Source of the DNA: a virus
Lineage: Duplodnaviria; Caudoviricetes
Strand: one strand, 5' to 3'
Length of the DNA: 56,522 bases
IMG/VR virus record: IMGVR_UViG_3300019360_000285
Location: 1 to 56,522 of that record
Both the position numbers and the translations under genes were made by a program. Each line of letters starts with the position of its first letter. Within the stretch, counting starts at the first letter, position 1. Of this stretch, positions 48,092 to 56,522 are shown piece after piece. Below the pieces are notes generated by a model. The model was not told the origin of the DNA. It ran no database searches and was given only the letters and a program-made list of their open reading frames with translations.

Positions 48092-48328
48092 ATGCGCGTC
48101 CTGATCCTTGCGGTAACCCTGGCATCGTGCGCGGCGCCACCAATGCCAGCGCCGCCTGTCGTGGCGCCGGTTCCGATGAGCTACAGTTGCGCCGAGCTGC
48201 GCCAGGCCGGCCAGGAGTACGCAGCACTGCCGCCGGCGTCGCAGCTGCGCCGCCTGGTCGACGACTACGGTGCCGAGCGCCGTAAGCTACGCGCGCTGCA
48301 TCGGATGCCAGACCAGGTGTGCCCATGA
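48092..48328 (+). CDS. Rz1-like lipoprotein (o-spanin candidate)
   Basis: Lipobox TLAS-C, Pro-rich linker. Confidence 0.6.
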   Translation: MRVLILAVTLASCAAPPMPAPPVVAPVPMSYSCAELRQAGQEYAALPPASQLRRLVDDYGAERRKLRALHRMPDQVCP

Positions 48329-48365
48329 ATCAGTGAAAGTGGTGTTCGAGCTAGAAGCCTGTGCC

Positions 48366-49358
48366 TTATGTGTCTCGCTTCAGTATCGAAGGCATCACAA
48401 GGTCCACAAAGTTCGGGCCTGCTGCCTCGAACCGCCCGAGAGATACGAGCGAGTCTTTACAACCAATTTGGTAGTCAAATGAAATCCCTGAGTCAGTGAT
48501 GTTTCTGCCGTCGTGCTCCCACGATCGAGTGAACCAGCGCTCGAGCTTGACTCTGAGTACTAGCGTCGGGATCGCGAGCCCGGGATGCACTACGGTATCT
48601 GATCGGCCGTTCAATAATAACCAGTCATGGGAGGGCGTTTGCATAAAGGGCGTTACGGGTGATGGTGGGGCATGGCAGCCGGCCCAATTGGCGACTCCGA
48701 CGTAAGGATAGAGTGCGGTCACGGAAGATTCGTTGATCAAGCCCAATGTGACGTTGATCGACAGTGCCCGTTTGTCATCATGCTGCGTATATCCACCATC
48801 GCGCACATTCAGCACTCTCATGCCAAGCTTGGCGACGGACAAACGTTTGAACGCATCCTCGACGTCATAGTGCTCCATTATGAATGTCTGATCGCCCGCT
48901 CGTTTCCAGTAGTGCTTGTCGTCCTTTGCCTCTGACATATGCGGTCGCCGTTCCGACCGTTCTATCCAGATCGCGAGATAGCCGACGTCGGGACTCGGGC
49001 CCGGAATAGCCACGACTTCTATCCCGTCATGGGTGGGTGACAGCAATTCGCCGACAGCTCGGGTCACTTCTGACTTGAATCTTCGAAGCTCACTTATGGG
49101 TGCCGGTGCTGATGCAGCGTCAATATTGTCCGTGTCCCTTTTGGCAACGACGCCGTAGATCAATAGGCCACCCATGGAGTTGGCCATGGCGCTCAGCGCA
49201 CGCCCCAGCACCTGTCGGTCCACTCGATTTAGGCCACCTGAGCTGGCATCCGTTTTTTCCTTGAAGTCGAGTTGCACGCCTTCCTGAGCCCTGGCTGCGA
49301 CTAACTCGGCAATGACCGACGCGCCCTCGCTTTTCAGCTGCTCAAAGATATGTCGCAT
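48366..49358 (-). CDS. Schlafen/AlbA_2-domain protein
   Basis: QEGVQLDFKEK, SAMANSMGGLLIYGV, RPH and YWKRAG; lower GC. Confidence 0.88.
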   Translation of the reverse strand: MRHIFEQLKSEGASVIAELVAARAQEGVQLDFKEKTDASSGGLNRVDRQVLGRALSAMANSMGGLLIYGVVAKRDTDNIDAASAPAPISELRRFKSEVTRAVGELLSPTHDGIEVVAIPGPSPDVGYLAIWIERSERRPHMSEAKDDKHYWKRAGDQTFIMEHYDVEDAFKRLSVAKLGMRVLNVRDGGYTQHDDKRALSINVTLGLINESSVTALYPYVGVANWAGCHAPPSPVTPFMQTPSHDWLLLNGRSDTVVHPGLAIPTLVLRVKLERWFTRSWEHDGRNITDSGISFDYQIGCKDSLVSLGRFEAAGPNFVDLVMPSILKRDT

Positions 49359-49548
49359 GATTGAGGATACCCGGAAAGTTTTAACTTTCACGCTCTGAAT
49401 CACGTCTAACCCATCCCAAAGGCTAGACTTTTCGGTCTCCAGTTCAGTACGCCAGCTCGCATTTTTGCCCAGAAGAGAATGCGCGTGTTTCCCAACTGTT
49501 GGTAGAATTAGCGATTGCCTGCTTGTAGAACTGGGATTATTGACTTAT

Positions 49549-50070
49549 ATGTCAATGCGCGAGGAGATCAGGGCGCGATGCACTGAGGGTCGTCTCATGT
49601 GCCTCCCGCACTCGATTCCTAGCCAAGCAGCGGTGAGGACTGTGTTTGTGGCTTCCGACATATGGGGAGACATCAATCCACCCTGGCCGCAGACTACGGA
49701 CGCCGTCCGACTTGCTGGGCTCCGTGCCTACCTTGATCTTTTCACGGAAGGAATGCGGATCAGCATTGGCGACCATCCTTTCCGCAAAGCAAGAACCGCG
49801 GTCATGGCGCGCGTTGATCCAGCAGCCGATGAATTCTTTGACTTTCGCTGCATCGATCCAAAGCCTGGCATTCGCGCGTTTGGCGCATTCTCGGAGGTTG
49901 ACGTCTTCATCGTGTTAACCTGGGCGTTTCGAGAACAGCTCGATACCGATCGAAAGTGGGATGCAGAAATCAACCGGTGTAAGGCGAAATGGCGAGTGTT
50001 GTTCTACACCTACCGACCGCACCACGGAGCGGACCTTCATGACTACGCCTCCAACATCATTGTTGTCTGA
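49549..50070 (+). CDS. Hypothetical protein, possible RelE-like toxin
   Basis: DEFFDFRCIDPKPGIRAFGAF..VDVFIVLT resembles the RelE/HigB beta-sheet core. Confidence 0.5.
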   Translation: MSMREEIRARCTEGRLMCLPHSIPSQAAVRTVFVASDIWGDINPPWPQTTDAVRLAGLRAYLDLFTEGMRISIGDHPFRKARTAVMARVDPAADEFFDFRCIDPKPGIRAFGAFSEVDVFIVLTWAFREQLDTDRKWDAEINRCKAKWRVLFYTYRPHHGADLHDYASNIIVV

Positions 50071-50545
50071 ACCAGCAGGAGCCGAGAGGGTACCACTAGG
50101 GACGCTTGCCTATTTTCGAGCGCGGAGTAGGGGCCGTGTGTACGATCTCGTTGTCGGCGAGTTTGTCCGGAGCGGTCTATCTCAGGCAGATTTGGCGCGT
50201 CGCCTTGGTAAGGGTCCCGACGTGATCTGTAGATGGCTAGGATCTCCCGGGAATTGGAGCCTCGACACTGTCAGTGATCTCTTGTTTGCGATTTCTGGTG
50301 CTGAACCCACGCTTGGCGTGCGCTACCCTCTTAAGGAAGCGCGCAAAAACTACGATCGTCCAGAATGGCTCGAGTCTTCTAGCGTACTCTCGCTGGAGAG
50401 TGAGCCTAGAACAGCCAACACTGCTACCGTCTCTACTCCACTAAGAACGTTGGGAGGTTATGAGGCCAGACCGGCTTTTGCCGTTTTTGAGCTTTTCGGC
50501 AAGACGGAAGGTCATAGCCAGCATTCATCGAGCAGCCAGCGATGA
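50039..50545 (+). CDS. XRE-HTH protein with low-complexity C-terminal tail (antitoxin-like)
   Basis: SGLSQADLARRLGKGPDVICRWLGSPGNWSLDTVSDL. Confidence 0.75.
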   Translation: MTTPPTSLLSEPAGAERVPLGTLAYFRARSRGRVYDLVVGEFVRSGLSQADLARRLGKGPDVICRWLGSPGNWSLDTVSDLLFAISGAEPTLGVRYPLKEARKNYDRPEWLESSSVLSLESEPRTANTATVSTPLRTLGGYEARPAFAVFELFGKTEGHSQHSSSSQR

Positions 50546-51198
50546 ACCTAGGTAGCATCCTATTGAGCAAGTGCCTGCGTGCCTTTAAGGGTGGCGGGCA
50601 CGACGTCAGGGCAAGTATGTACTTGCCAACTCTCTCAAAGGTCTTTCAGGAGCGGTATGGCTTCTTCCAAGGTCCGAGAACTGTGGAGGAATTTGATCTT
50701 CAGAAGGGAGTTGTTTACCTACACGGTCAGTTTGACGGGTTCGTGATCGACCAGTGCACTGTGTACGCCGAGGGCGTAGGCTGTGAAGGCCGAGTCGGCA
50801 CTGAAGACTTAGATCGATTTGTCGATGACGCAGTCAAATGGGTTCATGAAATAGCCAAAGTGCCTCCTTCAGTTGAACTAGGCAGAGGCTACGAAAGCCG
50901 CCTAGAGGTTTCAATGGACGTCGCTATCAACCATACCTTTGATCGTTTTGCTGAATTTGGACGAAGTGTTACGGCCTCAGTTAGACGTGGCAACAGGCCA
51001 TCACCTGATTTCGAATTGTCCGGTCTCATCTTTCACGGCGATCCGATCTTAGTAGGTGGTCAGCGGCCGCTCCCCTTCACCATTGAACGCAGGGCAGGGA
51101 AGCCCTACGGGGATAATGTGTATTTTTCGGAAGCCGCCCTCAGTACCGGGGATCACCTGCGGCATTTGGCGGAACTCGAAGTTTTGTTGAAGGGCTGA
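50542..51198 (+). CDS. Hypothetical protein, third gene of the operon
   Basis: ATGA-coupled 218-aa ORF. Confidence 0.7.
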   Translation: MNLGSILLSKCLRAFKGGGHDVRASMYLPTLSKVFQERYGFFQGPRTVEEFDLQKGVVYLHGQFDGFVIDQCTVYAEGVGCEGRVGTEDLDRFVDDAVKWVHEIAKVPPSVELGRGYESRLEVSMDVAINHTFDRFAEFGRSVTASVRRGNRPSPDFELSGLIFHGDPILVGGQRPLPFTIERRAGKPYGDNVYFSEAALSTGDHLRHLAELEVLLKG

Positions 51199-51253
51199 AT
51201 CACTGGAACGCGCTCAATCTTCATGCCTCGGTCGCTCTGCGAGCTTGAGGATT

Positions 51254-51726
51254 TCACTTTCTTCTTCGCTGTTTGGTCGACGGCCGTTCTGGCTTGACTT
51301 CCGCAGCCGCCTTGTCTTCACGAATGCCGCGATAGCTCGGCGCCCGTACCATTCCCGCGACGGTCATCTCAGTGAACGCGACCTGCACGACGATGCCAGG
51401 CTTGATCCAGTGTGCCTTGCGCCGGATCGGCGCTGGCATCTGGCGGGCGATGGGTGAGGTCTCCGAGGCCAGCGGTCGGAACAGGTCGACCAGGCGCCGG
51501 CGCTCTGCCACGGTGAAGCCCGTCCCGACATGGCCAGAATAGCGCAAGCCGCCCTTGTCGTTGACGGCCAGGATCAGTGACGCGAAGGCCATGTGGCGGG
51601 CATCCGATTCGGTGTAGCCCGCGACGACGAACTCTTGCTCCTGGCTGCACTTCACCTTGACCCAGTCGGTGCCGCGGCCCGCGCGGTAGGGCTTGTCGGC
51701 GCGCTTTGCGATGACACCCTCGAACC
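51254..51726 (-). pseudogene. ligD: ATP-dependent DNA ligase (LigD-type), C-terminal fragment
   Basis: EGVIAKRAD..Y..GRG.DWVKVKC...EFVVAGYT and GHVGTGF; interrupted by the IS. Confidence 0.88.
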
Positions 51727-51790
51727 GGGAAGTATATACTTGACAACGGAAGCCGGGCGGGCCATAAGTTAGCTCCAAGAGGGGCACACT

Positions 51791-52717
51791 ATGGCACAGG
51801 CCGATATCCAGAACGCAGCCTTTACCGACGAAACCACGGCGCGCGAAGCGCTTGAGATGGTTCGTTGGCCGAACGGCCCGGTCTGCCCGCATTGCGGCAA
51901 CCTCGACCAATCAAAGATCGCGAAGGGACAGGGCGCCGCCAGTCGGCCGGGCCTGTACTACTGCGCATCCTGCAACGGGCAGTTCACTGTCACGGTTGGC
52001 ACCGTCATGGAGCGCAGCAAGATACCGCTGACCAAGTGGCTGCTGGCGATGCACCTGATGGGCGCGAGCAAGAAGGGCATGAGCGCTCTTCAGCTTCAGC
52101 GCATGCTGGGTGTCACCTATAAGACCGCCTGGTTCCTCTGCCATCGCATCCGTGAAGCCATGACGCCGCCGGCGCGCGGCCCGCTTGGTGGCGAGGGGAA
52201 GATTGTTGAAGCGGACGAGACCTACATCGGCGGCAAGGAATACAACAAGCACAAGAGCAAGCGGAACTCCAAGAACATCGGCGGCATGGGAAAGAAGATC
52301 GTGTTTGCTCTGACCGAGCGCGATGGTGAGTCACGCTCGTTCCGCGTCGCCAACGTGTCGAGCGCTACCCTGCGCCCGGTTATGACGGCGCAGATCGACA
52401 AGGCAACGAAGCTGATGACAGACGACGCCGGTCAGTACCGGAGCATGGGTAAGCACTTCGCCCATGAGGTCGTGAATCACTCGATTGACGAGTACGTGCG
52501 CGGCGACGCTCACACCAATACGGCAGAGAGCCGGTTTGCGCTGATGAAGCGCGCCGTCTACGGCACCCATCATTCGATCAGCGAAGCCCACCTCGCGCGC
52601 TATCTCGCGGAATGGGACTTCAAGTGGAACACCCGCAAGGTGAAGGACGGGGAACGTGCGACGCTTATAACCAAGGGTATCGAAGGCAAGCGCCTCACGT
52701 ATCGACCTGTTAACTGA
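51791..52717 (+). CDS. IS1595-family transposase
   Basis: RWPNGPVCPHCG zinc finger, VEADETYIGG, MTDD, HTNTAES and YLAEWDFKWN. Confidence 0.96.
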   Translation: MAQADIQNAAFTDETTAREALEMVRWPNGPVCPHCGNLDQSKIAKGQGAASRPGLYYCASCNGQFTVTVGTVMERSKIPLTKWLLAMHLMGASKKGMSALQLQRMLGVTYKTAWFLCHRIREAMTPPARGPLGGEGKIVEADETYIGGKEYNKHKSKRNSKNIGGMGKKIVFALTERDGESRSFRVANVSSATLRPVMTAQIDKATKLMTDDAGQYRSMGKHFAHEVVNHSIDEYVRGDAHTNTAESRFALMKRAVYGTHHSISEAHLARYLAEWDFKWNTRKVKDGERATLITKGIEGKRLTYRPVN

Positions 52718-52801
52718 GATCACGACTCGCGGACAGTTTTTGAAGCGGTACGCGGCTTGGCGGAAGCGGCGTGGTTTGTAGGGTGGACTACGTCCGTCGT
52801 C

Positions 52802-53032
52802 CTAGAAGCACCTAGTGTCGATCATTGGGACCGGCCCGCGGCTGAACGCCTTGGCCTTGGCGAGCGCCGCCTCGCGATGTTCGCGCGTCCGATCTCCCAG
52901 CATGGCCAGCGCGGACCCCGCTACGTCATAGCGCCCGCAGTGCGGGCAGCGAATCTGCTTCCCGTCATAGCCGCCGTCTGTGACGTCTTCTGCCTCAGAG
53001 TGTTCGCAGACCGGGCACGTAACTTTAGGCAT
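52802..53032 (-). CDS. Small zinc-finger passenger protein
   Basis: CPVC...CPHCGRY. Confidence 0.6.
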   Translation of the reverse strand: MPKVTCPVCEHSEAEDVTDGGYDGKQIRCPHCGRYDVAGSALAMLGDRTREHREAALAKAKAFSRGPVPMIDTRCF

Positions 53033-53052
53033 TGGGTTTGCTCGTCCTTCAT

Positions 53053-53472
53053 CTACGCTCGAGGATATCGCTCCCGGTGCTCGCGCTCCCGTTTTTGCAT
53101 GACTTCAAGTAGCGGCACTCCAAGCATCTTTGCCTCCCGAGCATCGGTGCGGTGCCAAGTGGCAATGCCATCTGGCTCAAAAAACGTCGCCTCTAGAATT
53201 CGGCCATAGGTTATTTCTACAAGAAACCCCACCCTTTGAGCGCCCGTGCGATTGACCGTCCCCACCACGATCATAGTTCCGCCCGCGCTCATGAGTGCTT
53301 GGTCTTCATAGGAACCAAAGGTCGCTGTCTGAAAGTCCAAGCCGTTTTCCTGGAACCAAGGTTCGATACCATCCATTGCGGAAAACGCACGGACTGTCTT
53401 CCTGCCCCGTCTCCATCGGGCAATCAACCAAATCGCAGCAATTGCTGCACCTGCAATCCAAACGATCTCCAT
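53053..53472 (-). CDS. N-terminally membrane-anchored passenger protein
   Basis: MEIVWIAGAAIAAIWLIARWRR. Confidence 0.65.
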   Translation of the reverse strand: MEIVWIAGAAIAAIWLIARWRRGRKTVRAFSAMDGIEPWFQENGLDFQTATFGSYEDQALMSAGGTMIVVGTVNRTGAQRVGFLVEITYGRILEATFFEPDGIATWHRTDAREAKMLGVPLLEVMQKREREHRERYPRA

Positions 53473-53520
53473 TCTCGCCCCCCCCAGAAAAGCGCAGGGC
53501 AGGTCACGTCTCGCGCGAAT

Positions 53521-53670
53521 CTACCTCCGCCTCTTTGCCTTCGCCGCGCGCTTCGCAGGCGTCGTCTTCACCGGCGCCTTCATTTCGCCATGTGGCTTCG
53601 GCGGCATCGCGAGTACTCTCTTCATGACGCGGACCGTAGCGTCGTCTAGGTCGGGCTTTTTGGGAGTCAT
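53521..53670 (-). CDS. 49-aa basic peptide (absent from the ORF track)
   Basis: MTPKKPDLDDATVRVMKRVLAMPPKPHGEMKAPVKTTPAKRAAKAKRRR; ATG overlaps the methylase stop. Confidence 0.5.
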   Translation of the reverse strand: MTPKKPDLDDATVRVMKRVLAMPPKPHGEMKAPVKTTPAKRAAKAKRRR

Positions 53671-54584
53671 CAGGCTGCCATCCTTACTTTGCCGATTTGC
53701 TCGACTGGTCCCACAAGGCTCGGGATTGTCAGGCCGGGCGAGAAAAACATAACCTCCTTGCCGCTGTACCGATCTCGGGCCGTATACCCCACATTGTAGG
53801 CGAGACTGCGGAAGCCGGCATAGAGTTTCCTGATCTCCGGGGCGTTGTCGTAGGAAACAAGCCAGCGACGGTCCGTCATCTTCGATGCGATGAACGCCGC
53901 TATGTCCGCGTGATCCTTGGCCTTGTAGTAATCGTAGTAGAGTTGGCGTCCCTGCTCAAAGTATGGCGGGTCAAGGTAAACGAGCGATTTTTTGGGCCAC
54001 TTCGGGAGCCCGAATTTCAGGAAGGCGATGGCGTCACTGTGGGTAAGCTTTATACGTCCCTTCATTCGAGCGATCGACTCGATCCTAAAGATCAATTCGT
54101 CAGCGTTGTAGCGAGCATCAATCTTCCATGGCCCCGACTGGTCACGCCCGCCGATAACGCCGCCGTTCAGGATGCCGGACCGATTGGTGCGGTTTAGAAA
54201 GAACGTCGCGAAACCAACGCTGACGTGGTCATGATCCTTAGGATTCATGAAGACCTTCTTCTGCCTGTCCCATGCGGCAACAGTCAGGCGGGTGTTCTTC
54301 ACTCTCCTGCACAACTCGTCAGTGTCGTTGAGAACGCTTTTCCAGAACGAATAGACGTGGTGGCTAACGTCGTTGATTCGGATTTGCGATACGTACTCTT
54401 GGAACAGCAACTCAAGCGCGATGGCCGCCCCGCCCGCATAGGGCTCGATGTACTCGCCGTCATCCAATCCGTTGTCCCGGATGATCCGCTTGACGTACGC
54501 CGCTAGCTTGCCCTTGCCCCCTGGATACCTCAGCGGCGTGAAGTGGACGAGCCTTCTGGGCTCCCCTTCGCTCGCGTCCTTCAC
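53670..54584 (-). CDS. Dam/D12-class DNA adenine methyltransferase
   Basis: PLRYPGGKGK, YIEPYAGGA, FFLNRTNRSG, VYLDPPY and WLVSYD. Confidence 0.93.
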   Translation of the reverse strand: MKDASEGEPRRLVHFTPLRYPGGKGKLAAYVKRIIRDNGLDDGEYIEPYAGGAAIALELLFQEYVSQIRINDVSHHVYSFWKSVLNDTDELCRRVKNTRLTVAAWDRQKKVFMNPKDHDHVSVGFATFFLNRTNRSGILNGGVIGGRDQSGPWKIDARYNADELIFRIESIARMKGRIKLTHSDAIAFLKFGLPKWPKKSLVYLDPPYFEQGRQLYYDYYKAKDHADIAAFIASKMTDRRWLVSYDNAPEIRKLYAGFRSLAYNVGYTARDRYSGKEVMFFSPGLTIPSLVGPVEQIGKVRMAA

Positions 54585-55936
54585 GGCCAGATGCACTCGA
54601 AAAGCGGCTGAGCATGGTCCCATGCTGCCATCAGATCGCGCGGCACCGGCGTTTGGTATTGATCATGGACGTATCGGTGAAGTAGGTCGGCGTGCATTGG
54701 GCTGTTCCTTGAGGTCACGGCGCGAGTGATCGCCTTGAACTTCGCTTGCGACACGCCAACGTTTACCACCACGGCCACTACCTCGGCCAGCTTCTCGTCC
54801 AGTGTTTTCCACTTCGGGCGGCTCGCCCCCGGCGGGGTGAAGTCCAGCTGTCCTCCGCTCTTCACAAGGAAATAGTCGACCGACAGTTCAAGGAACACGC
54901 GCAGAAGGACCGCTATAGCGTTCGGTGCATCGTCTAGTTCCAACTCTCGAAGTTCCTTGTAGATGTCCGCGATCCGATTCTGAGTGACGTTCAGCCTGCA
55001 GGTGCGGGGGACGACTTTCTTTCTGTCGCTCGGATCGGGCTGCCGGCGCACCCGCTTGGTCTGAACCTTTGTGAATTCAGAGACGGGGATCTGCGCGAGC
55101 GGGCGTTCCTTGCCGCGCGCCTTAGACATGTCGGGGAGATATGCCCCGCCAAGGTCGGTCCGAAGATATTGCAGCATATCCTCGGTCTTCATCAGGCGGT
55201 TGACGCGCGCTTGCTTCGTCGCGAGATCGAGCACGACTTTCTTTAGGGACTTCGCGACTTCGTCGGCCGGCAATTTCGTCACGAGATTGCCGGCCTTGAC
55301 GTCAAGGCCAAGCTCCCGTCGTGCGGCGCGGTTCTCGAGAAACCGCTCAAGGGTCGAAGTGGGGAACGTTTCCGTGATTGCGTTCCGCTCGGCCGAGCTA
55401 AGGCCGGAACGCTCTGTCACCAAGTCCAGCGCTTGTAGCACAATCGGCGTCCCGCCCTCAGCGCGACGCTTGGCGAGCGTCTTCCAATCCTCAATCCCGG
55501 CACCGTCGTGGCCGATGTTGTGACGAAGGTCGAGCCAGTAGTCGGCATCTTTCCGGACAGCCACTTCAAAGCAGGAAATCGGCTCGACACTGCCCTTCTT
55601 GAACTTCTTCGCCAGTCGCTCAAAGGCACGCTTCGTTGTGCCCGGCATATCCAACCCGCTCATCACAGCGGGATTGGTCAGTATCTTGAGCACCGCTATT
55701 CGCCGATTCCCCTCAAGGGAGATGAATTTCACCGGCGTCTGATTCAACCTTAGGACTAGCAGGCGGTCCATTGGATTGAGGCCGTGGTCGGTGATGCTCT
55801 CCGCGAGAGCCACCAGCTTGGCCTTCTGATCTCTGATAACCTTCTGAAGTGCATCTTGTTGACCTGTGGCAGGCGGGATGCGCGGATTGTCGTGGTCTAG
55901 AACAAAGTCATCTATCTTGAGCGCGATATCAGGCAT
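54581..55936 (-). CDS. ParB-like N-terminal domain plus HEPN-like C-terminal domain protein
   Basis: DNPRI, LAESI..HG, EGNRR; C-terminal NAIAVLLRVFLELSV...LHRYVH. Confidence 0.7.
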   Translation of the reverse strand: MPDIALKIDDFVLDHDNPRIPPATGQQDALQKVIRDQKAKLVALAESITDHGLNPMDRLLVLRLNQTPVKFISLEGNRRIAVLKILTNPAVMSGLDMPGTTKRAFERLAKKFKKGSVEPISCFEVAVRKDADYWLDLRHNIGHDGAGIEDWKTLAKRRAEGGTPIVLQALDLVTERSGLSSAERNAITETFPTSTLERFLENRAARRELGLDVKAGNLVTKLPADEVAKSLKKVVLDLATKQARVNRLMKTEDMLQYLRTDLGGAYLPDMSKARGKERPLAQIPVSEFTKVQTKRVRRQPDPSDRKKVVPRTCRLNVTQNRIADIYKELRELELDDAPNAIAVLLRVFLELSVDYFLVKSGGQLDFTPPGASRPKWKTLDEKLAEVVAVVVNVGVSQAKFKAITRAVTSRNSPMHADLLHRYVHDQYQTPVPRDLMAAWDHAQPLFECIWP

Positions 55937-56015
55937 CGCCCCTCCCCAAGGGGCTCCCTCAACCCCCGGTAAAGCCTAGGGATTGCGATGGTCCGTTGTC
56001 AAGTATATACTTCCC

Positions 56016-56522
56016 CTCGAACCGCCGGCGGCATAGCGACGCGAGCAGCTTGTCGCCGTCGCGATCGACGTGGGCGCTGTAGATCACCGACGCGCTGGCG
56101 CCCCTCAGGATCGACTCGAGTCGCTTCTTTCGTTCGACCAGCGGCAGAGATCGCAGATCCTCGCCGTTCAGCGCCAGCAGATCGAAGGCGCAGAACGCGA
56201 TGCCGGCGCCGCCGCGCTTCAGAGCTTCATGCAGGGCTTCAAAGCTGGTCCGGCCCTCCTTGTCGTACACGGCCATCTCGCCATCGATCAGCGCGCCACG
56301 CAGGTTCAGGGCGGCGATCGCCGCCGGCGCCGCGCCATAGCGATGCGTCCAGTCCAGCCCGTTGCGGCTGTAGCACGTCACCGTTTTCCCGCTGGCGGCG
56401 ACCAGCGTGCGATAGCCGTCGTACTTGATCTCGTAGATCCAACCGGCCGCGGTCGGCACCTGGTCGACGAGCGTCGCGAGCTGCTGCTCGAGGAATTTGG
56501 GCGGGGCGGGGCGGCGCGCCAC
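56016..56522 (-). pseudogene. ligD: ATP-dependent DNA ligase (LigD-type), N-terminal fragment
   Basis: YEIKYDGYR (KxDG), IDGE, AFDLL and LPLVERK. Confidence 0.9.

Larger units (their letters stand above)
51727..56015 (+). mobile_element. IS1595-family element with passenger genes (4289 bp)
   Basis: Perfect 24-bp TIRs GGGAAGTATATACTTGACAACGGA (51727-51750 and 55992-56015); 8-bp TSD CTCGAACC (51719-51726 and 56016-56023). Confidence 0.95.
1..56522. mobile_element. Lambdoid prophage (siphovirus-like), att sites not visible inside the window
   Basis: Canonical module order: integration, early, immunity, replication, cos/packaging, head, tail, lysis, accessory. Whether 48366-56522 lies inside attR cannot be determined. 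Confidence 0.9.

Noticed and set aside
51199-51253. attR or tRNA remnant
   Set aside because: No tRNA-like sequence or direct repeat matching the left end could be identified; attL lies outside the window
51254-51910. ORF-track versions of the ligase fragments (51254..51910 and 55959..56522) as intact genes
   Set aside because: The extra residues come from reading into IS ends; they are two halves of one interrupted gene

Overview
GC-rich, alphaproteobacterial-looking lambdoid (cos-type, non-contractile tail) prophage filling essentially the whole window. From left to right: integrase/excisionase (1-1312); a translationally coupled leftward early operon (ASCH, DUF5131, SSB, HTH-ParB, HerA-like ATPase, many small ORFs); a cI/cro/cII switch with TTGCG-N5-CGCAA operators; primase and P-loop replication protein followed by a GGGACGG iteron cluster; a Q-like gene with late promoter and terminator; a lambda-like cos site; a ParB-MTase with a stacked motif IV; then terminase, portal, protease-capsid fusion, tail genes with a G/GT -1 frameshift, and a lysis cassette. 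The right end is a candidate defence hotspot: a Schlafen/AlbA_2 gene, an uncharacterised three-gene toxin-like/HTH/unknown operon, and a LigD-type ligase split by a 4289-bp IS1595-family element (24-bp TIRs, 8-bp TSD) carrying a ParB-HEPN-like gene plus a Dam-type methylase. Two single-base frameshifts (~41749, ~47003) may be decay or assembly errors. All family calls come from motif recognition by eye; no database searches were run.
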